Counted from the first letter of the stretch, positions 8,574-15,953 are shown. The stretch is 24,000 nt of DNA from Streptomyces sp. RKAG290 (GCF_023701695.1 NZ_JAJOZC010000001.1:3075894-3099893); one strand, 5' to 3'. Program-made: numbers and translations. Notes: generated by a model from the letters alone, not told the origin.

Positions 8574-9053
8574 CTAGCGCACCCCGCCCAGCCCCGCCAA
8601 CGCCTCGTCCGTCAGCCGGTACACCGTCCACTCGTCCTGCGGGCGCGCACCCAGCGACTCGTAGAACGCGATCGACGGAGCGTTCCAGTTCAGCACCGAC
8701 CACTCCAGGCGCTCATAGCCCCGCGCCACACAGATCCGCGCCAACTCCCGCAACAGCGCCTTCCCGTGCCCGCCGCCACGCCGGTCCGGGCGCACGTACA
8801 GGTCCTCCAGATAGATGCCGTGCACCCCGCGCCACGTGGAGAAGTTCAGGAACCACAACGCGAAGCCCACCACCTCGCCGTCCTCGTCGGACTCGGCGAT
8901 GTGCGCATACGCGGCAGGCCGCTCGCCGAACAGCGCCTCGTGCAACTGCTCCTCGGTGGCGTTCGCCTCGTGCAGCGCCTTCTCGTAATCGGCGAGCTCA
9001 CGCACCATCGCGTGAAGGGCAGGGACATCGGCAGCCGTAGCGGTACGAATCAT
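8574..9053 (-). CDS. GNAT-family N-acetyltransferase (diamine/spermidine acetyltransferase-like)
   Basis: 159 aa: MIRTATAADVPALHAMVRELADYEK...GFALWFLNFSTWRGVHGIYLEDLYVRPDRRGGGHGKALLRELARICVARGYERLEWSVLNWNAPSIAFYESLGA. It has the acetyl-CoA motif A (R-R-G-x-G-x-G-K-A-L). Confidence 0.9.
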   Translation of the reverse strand: MIRTATAADVPALHAMVRELADYEKALHEANATEEQLHEALFGERPAAYAHIAESDEDGEVVGFALWFLNFSTWRGVHGIYLEDLYVRPDRRGGGHGKALLRELARICVARGYERLEWSVLNWNAPSIAFYESLGARPQDEWTVYRLTDEALAGLGGVR

Positions 9054-9084
9054 GGAGGCAGCGTAAGCAGCAGCGCCCGGCCCG

Positions 9085-9987
9085 CTACGCCCGACCCAGC
9101 AGCCGCCGCGCGATCTCGGCCTGCTCCGGCGCCAGCCGCCGCTCGCCGCCCTCGACAGCCCAGCACGCGTTCTGCAGCACCCGTCCCAGCGTCCACGCCC
9201 GTGCCCGCCCCCGGTCCAGCCCCAGCACCTCCGTCAGCAGATCGAACCGCCACGCCACCCCGGCCGCGTCGAACCGGTTGACCAGCGCCGGGAACAGCTC
9301 GAACCCGGGATCACCGGTCAACGGCTTCGGATCGATCGCCACCCACTGCCCGCCCCGCCCGGCCAGCACATTGCCGTAGTGCAGATCCCAGTGCAGCAGC
9401 CGGTCCCCGGGCTCCGCCACCACCTCCCGCACCGCCGCCGCGCAGTCCGCCAGCAGCCGCCGCTCCGCCTCGTCGACCAGCAGCTCCGCCACCCCCGGCG
9501 CCGCCGCCAGCATCCGCGCCGACGCCTCCCCCAGGCCCCGCAGCCCGCACCCGGCAGGAGCCCGCACCGACGTCAGCCGCGCCAGCAGCTCCGCGATGAT
9601 CCGCACCGCTTCGCGGACATCCGCCATCCCCGACAGCGCACGATGCCCGTCCAGCCGCTCCAGCAGCATCGTCCCCGTCACCGCGTCATGGTTCAGCAGC
9701 CGCACCGCGCCGACCGAGGCCTCACCCCACAACCGCAGCGCGACCGGCTCCCCCACCGTCTCCGCGTCCACCGGCTGCAGCTTCAGGGCGGCCCTGGACC
9801 CGTCCGCCACCCGCACCACCGGAAGCACCAGCGCACACACCCCGGACCACGGGTCGCCGTCCCGGCGCAGCCCCCAACGCTCCATGAACTCCGCGGCCAT
9901 ACCCGGCAACGCGGCGACAAAGGCCCGCCCGGCCGCACCGTTGTACTTGGACTGAGTGGCGACGAGGGCATCCGGAATGTCAATCAC
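9085..9987 (-). CDS. Aminoglycoside/hydroxyurea-resistance-type kinase (APH(6)/StrB-like phosphotransferase family)
   Basis: Kinase catalytic region LLHWDLHYGNVLAGRGGQWVAIDPKPLTGDPGFEL resembles the APH(6) HGDLHHxN...IDP...G motif. The N-terminus starts VIDIPDALVATQSKYNGAAGRAFVAALPGMAAEFMERWGL. I prefer GTG 9987 to the ORF-track start at 10035, which would overlap the divergent gene at 10021. Confidence 0.75.
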   Translation of the reverse strand: MIDIPDALVATQSKYNGAAGRAFVAALPGMAAEFMERWGLRRDGDPWSGVCALVLPVVRVADGSRAALKLQPVDAETVGEPVALRLWGEASVGAVRLLNHDAVTGTMLLERLDGHRALSGMADVREAVRIIAELLARLTSVRAPAGCGLRGLGEASARMLAAAPGVAELLVDEAERRLLADCAAAVREVVAEPGDRLLHWDLHYGNVLAGRGGQWVAIDPKPLTGDPGFELFPALVNRFDAAGVAWRFDLLTEVLGLDRGRARAWTLGRVLQNACWAVEGGERRLAPEQAEIARRLLGRA

Positions 9988-10020
9988 GCCCCCGATCGTA
10001 GGAGCGTGCGTCAATCGGTT

Positions 10021-10695
10021 ATGACCCCGAGCCACCCCGCCCCGCCCACGCGGCCCCGCTCCGCGCCCGCCACGTGGATCCGCGGCGCCGGCTCATGGAT
10101 CCGCAGCGCCCCCGGCACGTACATCTGGCTGACGGCCCTCTTCGTCACCACCGTCATCGTCCACCAGATGTCACCCGCCTTCGAAGCGGACTTCCTCCGC
10201 CAGCGCTCCACGAACATCCACGAGCTGTCGCAGAACCCCGTACGCGTCCTGATCAGCAGCGCCTTCTGGATCGACAGCGGCGAATGGCTCCCCTACGCCA
10301 TCCTCTACACCGTCTTCCACGCCCCCGCCGAACGCCGCCTCGGCACCCTGCGCTGGCTCACCGTCGCCGCCGCCGCCCACGTCCTCGCCACCCTCGTCAG
10401 CGAAGGCGTCCTGGCCTGGGCCATCCAGCACGGCCACGCACCCGAGTCCGCCGTCAACACCCTCGACGTAGGCGTCAGTTACGCACTCGCCGGTGTCGTC
10501 GCCGTACTCACCTACTACGTCCCGCGCCCCTGGCGGTACGTCTACCTCTTCGCCGTCCTCGTCATCTACGCCGTCCCCCTCGTCACCGGCGCCACCTTCA
10601 CCGACGTCGGCCACTTCACCTCCGTGCTCATCGGCCTCGCCTGCTACCCGCTGACCCGCAGCCGGAACGAGACGAAACCCGCCCCCGCCCAGTAA
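10021..10695 (+). CDS. Polytopic membrane protein, actinobacterial rhomboid-like family
   Basis: ATG 10021 within the longer ORF 9379-10695. A Pro/Arg-rich N-terminus is followed by helices (YIWLTALFVTTVIVHQM; RSTNIHELSQNPVRVLISSAFWIDSG; LRWLTVAAAAHVLATLVSEGVL; DVGVSYALAGVVAVLTYY; YLFAVLVIYAVPLV; DVGHFTSVLIGLACYPL). The family name is from my memory of similarly annotated Streptomyces proteins. Confidence 0.65.
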   Translation: MTPSHPAPPTRPRSAPATWIRGAGSWIRSAPGTYIWLTALFVTTVIVHQMSPAFEADFLRQRSTNIHELSQNPVRVLISSAFWIDSGEWLPYAILYTVFHAPAERRLGTLRWLTVAAAAHVLATLVSEGVLAWAIQHGHAPESAVNTLDVGVSYALAGVVAVLTYYVPRPWRYVYLFAVLVIYAVPLVTGATFTDVGHFTSVLIGLACYPLTRSRNETKPAPAQ

Positions 10696-10748
10696 CGTCC
10701 CGCCACACAGGCGCACAGGCAGACAGCCACAGGACAAGCAGGGGCAAC

Positions 10749-12139
10749 ATGAGCACCGTCAACGGCGGCATATCCTTCTGGTACGCGGACCAGGGCACCC
10801 CCACACCCCGCGAACCCCTGCCCGGCGACGCCACCGCCGACATCTGCATCGTCGGCGGCGGATACACCGGACTGTGGACGGCGTACTACCTCAAGAAGGC
10901 CGTCCCCTTCCTCAACATCACCGTGCTGGAAGCCAAGTTCTGCGGCTACGGCGCCTCCGGACGCAACGGCGGCTGGCTCTACAACGGCATTGCGGGACGC
11001 GACCGCTACGCGAAACTGCACGGCCACGACGCCGCGGTCCGCCTCCAGCAGGCAATGAACGACACCGTCACCGAGGTCATCCGCGTCGCCGCCGACGAGA
11101 AGATCGACGCCGACATCCACCGGGGTGGCGTCCTCGAAGTCGCCTGCACGCCCGCCCAGCTCGCCCGCCTCAAGGAATTCCACGCCGCCGAGATCGCCTT
11201 CGGCGAGACTGACCGCACCCTGCACGGCGCCCGCGAGACGGCCGAGCGCGTCCGCGTCACCGGTGCCGTCGGCTCCACCTGGACCCCCCACGGCGCCCGC
11301 CTGCACCCCGCCAAACTCGTCACGGGCCTCGCCGACACCGTCGAAGCGCTCGGCGTCACGATCCACGAGTCCACCCCGTCACTGAGATCAAGCCCAAACA
11401 CGCCGTCACCCCGTACGGCACGGTCCGCGCCCCGTACATCCTGCGCTGCACCGAGGGCTTCACCGCGAGCATCAAGGGCCAGAAGCGCACCTGGCTCCCG
11501 ATGAACTCCTCCATGATCGTCACCGAGCCCCTCCCCACCCGGGTCTGGGACACCATCGGCTGGAACGGCCGCGAGACCCTCGGCGACATGGCTCACGCCT
11601 ACCTGTACGCCCAGCGCACCGCCGACGACCGCATCGCACTCGGCGGCCGCGGCTTCCCCTACCGCTACGGCTCCGCCACCGACAACGACGGCCGCACCCA
11701 GCCCGCCACCATCGAGGCCCTGCGCGACCTGCTGGTCCGCCTCTTCCCCACCACCGCCGGCACCCGCGTCGCCCACGCCTGGTCCGGCGTCCTCGGCGTC
11801 CCCCGCGACTGGTGCGCCACCGTCACCCTCGACCGCTCCACCGGCCTCGGCTGGGCGGGCGGCTACGTCGGCTCCGGCGTCGCCACCACCAACCTCGCGG
11901 CCCGCACCCTGCGTGACCTGATCCAGCAGGACTCCGGCCAGTCCGGCCCCACCGAACTGACCGCCCTGCCCTGGGTCAACCACCGCGTCCGCCGCTGGGA
12001 ACCCGAACCCTTCCGCTGGCTCGGCGTCCACGGCATGTACGCCGCCTACCGCGCCGCCGACCGCCGCGAACGCACCTCCCCGCGCCCCGGCACCGACCCG
12101 ATCGCGAAGATCGCGGACCGGGTGGCGGGGCGGGGCTGA
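10749..12139 (+). pseudogene. FAD-dependent oxidoreductase (DAO family, glycine/D-amino-acid or gamma-glutamylputrescine oxidase-like, ~463 aa); one 1-nt frameshift as assembled
   Basis: ATG 10749 gives MSTVNGGISFWYADQ...ADICIVGGGYTGLWTAYYLKK...VLEAKFCGYGASGRNGGW (FAD fold). At CCCC 11374-11377 the protein continues one base out of frame: ...GVTIHESTP / VTEIKPKHAVTPYGTVRAPYILRCTEGFTASIKGQKRTWLPMNSSMIVTEPL...GYVGSGVATTNLAARTL.... Stop at 12137-12139. Length is 1391 nt = 3n-1. Confidence 0.8.
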
Positions 12140-12154
12140 GTGTGGCGCGAAATG

Positions 12155-12188
12155 AAAAAATCCCAGGTCAGCAAGGTGCTGACCTGGG
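12155..12188 (-). terminator. Rho-independent terminator downstream of tRNA-Thr; it could also serve the convergent oxidoreductase gene
   Basis: Perfect 11-bp stem CCCAGGTCAGC (12162-12172) / GCTGACCTGGG (12178-12188) with a 5-nt loop. On the minus strand it is followed by ATTTTTT (12155-12161). It starts 6 nt after the tRNA 3' end. Confidence 0.8.
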
Positions 12189-12194
12189 TCTTTG

Positions 12195-12267
12195 AGCCGC
12201 CTGTCGGAATCGAACCGACGACCTGAATATTACAAGTATCCCGCTCTTCCAACTGAGCTAAGGCGGC
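12195..12267 (-). tRNA. tRNA-Thr (anticodon UGU), 73 nt, CCA not encoded
   Basis: Minus strand reads GCCGCCT-TA-GCTC-AGTTGGAA-GAGC-G-GGATA-CTTGTAA-TATTC-AGGTC-GTCGG-TTCGATT-CCGAC-AGGCGGC-T. All four arms pair and the T-loop is TTCGATT. The anticodon TGT corresponds to plus-strand 12232-12234. The anticodon stem is unusually AT-rich for this genome. Confidence 0.9.
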
Positions 12268-12423
12268 AGCGCGCACGCCGAAAGCTCGCGCGCGAGCCCT
12301 CACTCTACACAGCGCCCCTCCCGCCGATCCACGAAGTTCCGCCGCCCCGTGACCATCCGAGCACCCGTGCGTCAAGAACACTGACGTACTGATCCGGATA
12401 TCGGACAGTCGGGGGAGAGTGCC

Positions 12424-13824
12424 ATGACGGACACGGCGGACCAACCGATACGCATGACGGGCGACGAGGCCAAACGCCTCAAACGCGAGGCACTGGGCAT
12501 TGCCGACCGCCAGAAGCACCATGGCCGGACGGCGGCTGCCATGAAGAGTCGGGCCAAGGAGCCCGGTACGCATCAGCGCGTGTACCGGTACCGCTTCTAC
12601 CCGACTCCGTCACAGGCCGAGCAGCTGGAGAAGACCTTCGGAGCCTGCCGCTGGGTCTACAACGAGGGGCTGGCGCTCCGGATGGGAGCCTGGGAACGCC
12701 ACCGGGTGTCGGTGGGGTTCGCCGAGTCCTGCCGTGCCTTGACGGGGTGGCGGCAGGCCGCGGAGACATCCTGGCTGCGTGAGGTGTCCTCGACTGTGCT
12801 GCAGCAGTCACTACGGCATCTGGACGCGGCGTTCACGCGCTTCTTCAAACAGCTGGCGAAGTATCCGCAGCGCAAGAGAAAGCACCGGTCGCAGGATTCG
12901 GCGACGTACGTACGGAGCGGCTTCCGATGGGCGCAGGATCCGGAGCGGCCCGGCACGGGGCTGGTGACTCTGGCGAAGCAGACGGTGCCGTTGGATGTGC
13001 GGTGGTCTCGGCCTCTGCCGGCCGGGGTGGACCCGGTCAAGTTGTCGGTGACGCGGGATCGGGCGGGCCGCTATTTCGTCGCGGTGCTGGTGGAGGAGCG
13101 GATCGAGCCCTTGCCCGCCGTGTTCGTGTCAGGCGGGCGTGAGCCGAAGGCGGTGGGGATCGATCTGGGTCTGGCTGCGTTGGTGACGTTGGACGACGGA
13201 GCGAAGGTGGATCATCCGCGGCTGCTGCGGAAGTACGAAAAGGAGCTGGCCCGGCTGCAACGAAGGCTGCACCGCAAAGAGCAGGGTTCGAAGAACCGGG
13301 AGAAGGCCCGGGCGCGCATCGCCCGGCTGTACGCCCTGATCAGCGATGTGCGCAGAGACATGCTTGACCAGTTGACCACCCGCCTCGTGCGCGAGAACCA
13401 AGTGCTCGTCGTGGAGGATCTGGCCATCATGAATCTGCTGCGTCCGGCAGTCGGGAAGGGGCGTCGGCGGAAGGCCCGGCTGGGCCAGTCGATCATCGAC
13501 GCGGCCTGGGGCGAGCTGATCCGGCAGCTGCGGTACAAATGCGCCTGGTACGGGCGGACACTGGTGATCGTGGACCGGTTCTTCCCGTCGACGCGTCGGT
13601 GTTCGGGCTGCCTCGCGAGGGGGCCTTCGCTCGACGTGTCCGTGCGGGAGTGGACGTGCGCGGAATGCGGTGCGGTACATGACCGGGATGTGAATGCGGC
13701 ACGCAACCTCCGGGAGGAGGGCATGCGGCTGTACTGGCTCGTGGCCTCGGCGCTCCCGCCCGGGCGGACTCCGCCGTCAGTGATCAAGGCATCGGAGCTG
13801 GCAGACGTGCTGCTGACTGCGTGA
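12424..13824 (+). CDS. tnpB: TnpB (IS605 OrfB family) RuvC-type RNA-guided endonuclease/transposon-associated protein; catalytic residues intact
   Basis: N-terminal OrfB signature VYRYRFYPTPSQAEQLEKTFGACRWVYNEGL. RuvC-I is AVGIDLGL (Asp codon 13162-13164). RuvC-II is VLVVEDL (Glu codon 13414-13416). Zn ribbon: CSGC...CAEC. RuvC-III is HDRDVNAARNL (Asp codon 13687-13689). The first 39 aa of the ORF-track model lie ahead of the conserved core. An alternative start at ATG 12541 (MKSRAKEPGTHQRVYRYRFYPT) is at least as likely. Confidence 0.9.
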   Translation: MTDTADQPIRMTGDEAKRLKREALGIADRQKHHGRTAAAMKSRAKEPGTHQRVYRYRFYPTPSQAEQLEKTFGACRWVYNEGLALRMGAWERHRVSVGFAESCRALTGWRQAAETSWLREVSSTVLQQSLRHLDAAFTRFFKQLAKYPQRKRKHRSQDSATYVRSGFRWAQDPERPGTGLVTLAKQTVPLDVRWSRPLPAGVDPVKLSVTRDRAGRYFVAVLVEERIEPLPAVFVSGGREPKAVGIDLGLAALVTLDDGAKVDHPRLLRKYEKELARLQRRLHRKEQGSKNREKARARIARLYALISDVRRDMLDQLTTRLVRENQVLVVEDLAIMNLLRPAVGKGRRRKARLGQSIIDAAWGELIRQLRYKCAWYGRTLVIVDRFFPSTRRCSGCLARGPSLDVSVREWTCAECGAVHDRDVNAARNLREEGMRLYWLVASALPPGRTPPSVIKASELADVLLTA

Positions 13825-13978
13825 GGACCGAAGGACTGCGATACGGACCGACGGGCCGTCGGCCGAAAAGCCTGTGGAGCCGATGTAAGACCGGTCCGGT
13901 GTGCCCTTCAGGGGTGTTTCGGGGCGGCGGGGGTGTCGAAGCAGGAAGTGTGGCAAGTGGTAGACGGTCAGAAATCAA
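13690..13978 (+). ncRNA. Candidate omega-RNA (reRNA) scaffold overlapping the tnpB 3' end and right end; extent not determined
   Basis: By analogy with characterised TnpB elements, whose guide RNA derives from the tnpB 3' end plus the right end. Local stems are visible (GGACCGAC GGGCC GTCGGCC at 13845-13864; GACCGGTC at 13889-13896). The usual actinobacterial TnpB tail coding remnant (KACGADVRP...VSKQE) lies in frame after the TGA at 13822. No covariance model was run. Confidence 0.35.
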
Positions 13979-14123
13979 TTGCCGTGCCACTTGACTGCAC
14001 AGGGTCAAAAGTGCGGCGCTCTGGCCGAGCGCACCCCTCCCCGCCTGGCCCCCGGAGAATTCCTCCCCTTCGAACTACTGACAGATTCGAAACCGCCAGG
14101 TAGCGTCACCGAAGGTTCACTCG

Positions 14124-14139
14124 ACTGGACCAGACCACT
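14124..14139. promoter_or_regulatory. DasR-responsive-element-like site (ACTGGACCAGACCACT), 54 bp upstream of the msiK start
   Basis: It matches the 16-bp dre consensus A(G/C)TGGTCTAGACCA(G/C)T at 14 of 16 positions, and the right half-site AGACCACT is perfect. The consensus is quoted from memory of the GntR/HutC regulator DasR literature. Confidence 0.45.
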
Positions 14140-14192
14140 CCCTTACAACGGATCGTCCGGCACGTTCCTGCCGGTGGAGGAGAAGATTCAGC

Positions 14193-15329
14193 ATGGCCAG
14201 TGTCACGTTCGACAAGGCGTCCCGCGTATACCCCGGCTCCACGAAGCCCGCGGTTGACCAGCTCGAGATCGACATCGAGGACGGCGAGTTCCTCGTCCTC
14301 GTCGGTCCCTCCGGTTGTGGCAAGTCGACCTCCCTGCGCATGCTCGCGGGTCTTGAGGACGTCAACGGCGGTTCGATCCGCATCGGTGACCGCGACGTCA
14401 CCCACCTGCCGCCGAAGGACCGGGACATCGCCATGGTGTTCCAGAACTACGCGCTCTACCCGCACATGTCCGTCGCGGACAACATGGGCTTCGCGCTGAA
14501 GATCGCCGGTATCAACAAGACCGAGATCCGGGCGAAGGTCGAAGAGGCCGCCAAGATGCTGGACCTCACCGACTACCTGGACCGCAAGCCGAAGGCGCTC
14601 TCCGGTGGTCAGCGTCAGCGTGTCGCGATGGGCCGCGCCATCGTGCGTGAGCCGCAGGTCTTCCTCATGGACGAGCCGCTGTCGAACCTCGACGCCAAGC
14701 TCCGTGTCTCCACCCGTACGCAGATCGCCTCGCTCCAGCGCCGCCTGGGCATCACGACCGTGTACGTCACGCACGACCAGGTCGAGGCCCTGACCATGGG
14801 TGACCGTGTCGCGGTCCTCAAGGACGGTCTGCTGCAGCAGGTCGACTCGCCGCGCAACATGTACGACCGCCCGGCGAACCTCTTCGTCGCCGGCTTCATC
14901 GGCTCCCCGGCCATGAACCTGGTCGAGGTCCCGATCACCGACGGTGGCGTGAAGTTCGGCAACAGCGTCGTCCCGGTCTCCCGTGAGGCGCTCACCGCCG
15001 CCGCGGACCGCGGCGACACGACCGTCACGGTCGGCATCCGCCCCGAGCACTTCGACATCGTCGAGCACGGCGGCGCCGCCGCGAAGTCCCTCACCAAGGA
15101 CTCCGCCGACGCCCCGGCCGGTCTGGCCGTCTCGGTCAACGTCGTCGAGGAGCTCGGCGCCGACGGCTTCGTCTACGGCTCCGCGCAGGTCGGCTCCCAG
15201 GAGAAGGACCTCGTCGTCCGCGTCGGCGGCCGTGCTGTCCCGGAGAAGGGCACCAAGCTGCACGTCGTGCCGCGCCCGGAGGAGCTGCACGTCTTCGCGA
15301 CGTCGACGGGTGAGCGTCTCACCGACTGA
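14193..15329 (+). CDS. msiK: Multiple-sugar-import ABC transporter ATP-binding protein MsiK (MalK/UgpC family)
   Basis: GGAGGAG RBS and ATG 14193. Walker A GPSGCGKST, Q-loop, signature LSGGQRQRVAMGRA, Walker B VFLMDEPLSNLD, H-loop VTHDQ. The C-terminal regulatory (TOBE-like) domain is present. The N-terminus MASVTFDKASRVYPGS is as I remember for Streptomyces MsiK. Confidence 0.93.
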   Translation: MASVTFDKASRVYPGSTKPAVDQLEIDIEDGEFLVLVGPSGCGKSTSLRMLAGLEDVNGGSIRIGDRDVTHLPPKDRDIAMVFQNYALYPHMSVADNMGFALKIAGINKTEIRAKVEEAAKMLDLTDYLDRKPKALSGGQRQRVAMGRAIVREPQVFLMDEPLSNLDAKLRVSTRTQIASLQRRLGITTVYVTHDQVEALTMGDRVAVLKDGLLQQVDSPRNMYDRPANLFVAGFIGSPAMNLVEVPITDGGVKFGNSVVPVSREALTAAADRGDTTVTVGIRPEHFDIVEHGGAAAKSLTKDSADAPAGLAVSVNVVEELGADGFVYGSAQVGSQEKDLVVRVGGRAVPEKGTKLHVVPRPEELHVFATSTGERLTD

Positions 15330-15349
15330 TCCCGCACACGCTGCACGAC

Positions 15350-15382
15350 GGCGGCCCCGCACGTTCTCCGTGCGGGGCCGCC
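15350..15382 (+). terminator. msiK terminator hairpin (14-bp perfect stem, loop TTCTC)
   Basis: GGCGGCCCCGCACG (15350-15363) / CGTGCGGGGCCGCC (15369-15382), 20 nt after the stop codon. No U-tract. Confidence 0.7.
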
Positions 15383-15539
15383 GCGCGTTCCGGGGTTTGG
15401 ACGGGCCACGGCAAATTCCCTGGCACAACGGTCATTTCACTCCGGTTCGTCAACACGCTATTCGAAAAACACTCTCGAACCGTCCCCCGCGAGAGTGACG
15501 TAATGTCGCCAAATCATCACTGCCCGCTACGCTCGCTGC

Positions 15540-15953
15540 GTGACCCACACCGCGCGCCGTATCGGCCGAACTCTCGCATTCGTACTGCCTGTCGTCATGG
15601 TCCTGTCCGGTACCCTCGCGGTCACCGCCGTGCCGTGGGCAGCTACCGACTCCGACACGACCATGCTCACCGCGTCCACACAGACCGTCTCCAAGCGCGC
15701 CAAGCCGCGCACCCAGCAGGACATCCTGCGCGACAAGCTTCTCCTGGAGCTCCAGGAGAAGGACCCCGGTGCCGCGTTGACGGACCTGCAGCGTGCCGTC
15801 GAGGGGCGTCCGTCCCTCGCGAGGCACTGCATGTCGATCGCGAAGGCGCTGGGCAAGGCCGCGGTCGAGCAGTACGGCCCGACGCGGGCGCACCGCTTCT
15901 CACGGCCCGTCTGTGACACGTCGTTCGCCTCGGGTGTCGCGCAGTTCAGCTGA
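15540..15953 (+). CDS. Small secreted or membrane-anchored hypothetical protein (137 aa)
   Basis: GTG 15540 gives MTHTARRIGRTLAFVLPVVMVLSGTLAVTAVPWAA (signal peptide or anchor), followed by a charged helical region and two Cys. Good GC3 bias. TACGCT lies 6 nt upstream of the start, so the mRNA may be leaderless. Confidence 0.7.
   Translation: MTHTARRIGRTLAFVLPVVMVLSGTLAVTAVPWAATDSDTTMLTASTQTVSKRAKPRTQQDILRDKLLLELQEKDPGAALTDLQRAVEGRPSLARHCMSIAKALGKAAVEQYGPTRAHRFSRPVCDTSFASGVAQFS

Larger units (their letters stand above)
12376..13978 (+). mobile_element. TnpB-only IS200/IS605-family (IS1341-like) element; boundaries approximate
   Basis: A single tnpB sits in a 1.9-kb gap between tRNA-Thr and msiK, both conserved genes. 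No Y1 (HUH) or serine tnpA ORF is present. TCAA tetranucleotides at 12372-12375 and 13975-13978 are possible cleavage/TAM-type sites, but this is a guess. GC content drops on both flanks. Confidence 0.4.

Noticed and set aside
12261-12330. Promoter for the minus-strand tRNA-Thr (TAGAGT -10-like hexamer at about 12302-12307)
   Set aside because: The hexamer fits the Streptomyces TAGAPuT-type -10 and lies 34 nt upstream of the mature 5' end. I could not find a convincing -35 at 16-18 bp spacing, so it is not listed as a feature.
12046-12573. 175-aa minus-strand ORF and 66-aa plus-strand ORF (12192-12392) across the tRNA region
   Set aside because: They translate through the tRNA-Thr gene and its terminator (for example ...QLEERDTCNIQVVGSIPTGGS). 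These are not coding sequences.
12479-13787. Minus-strand ORFs inside tnpB (12479-12811, 12657-13040, 13129-13680, 13212-13787)
   Set aside because: They are antisense to a motif-complete tnpB. The translations are Arg/Pro/Ser-rich and none resembles a Y1 HUH or serine transposase. I therefore conclude that tnpA is absent.
14060-14095. Two TTCGAA palindromes (CTTCGAAC...ATTCGAAA) upstream of msiK, and another near 15461
   Set aside because: Six-bp self-palindromes are too short to separate from chance, and I know of no regulator consensus that fits them.
13980-14192. Search for a CebR-type box (TGGGAGCGCTCCCA) or a clear -35/-10 promoter upstream of msiK
   Set aside because: No close match to the CebR palindrome. 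TTGACT at 13991-96 has no suitably spaced -10, so no promoter is called. Only the dre-like site is reported.
14106-15428. 440-aa minus-strand ORF
   Set aside because: It is antisense to msiK, which has complete ABC ATPase motifs. This is a shadow ORF.
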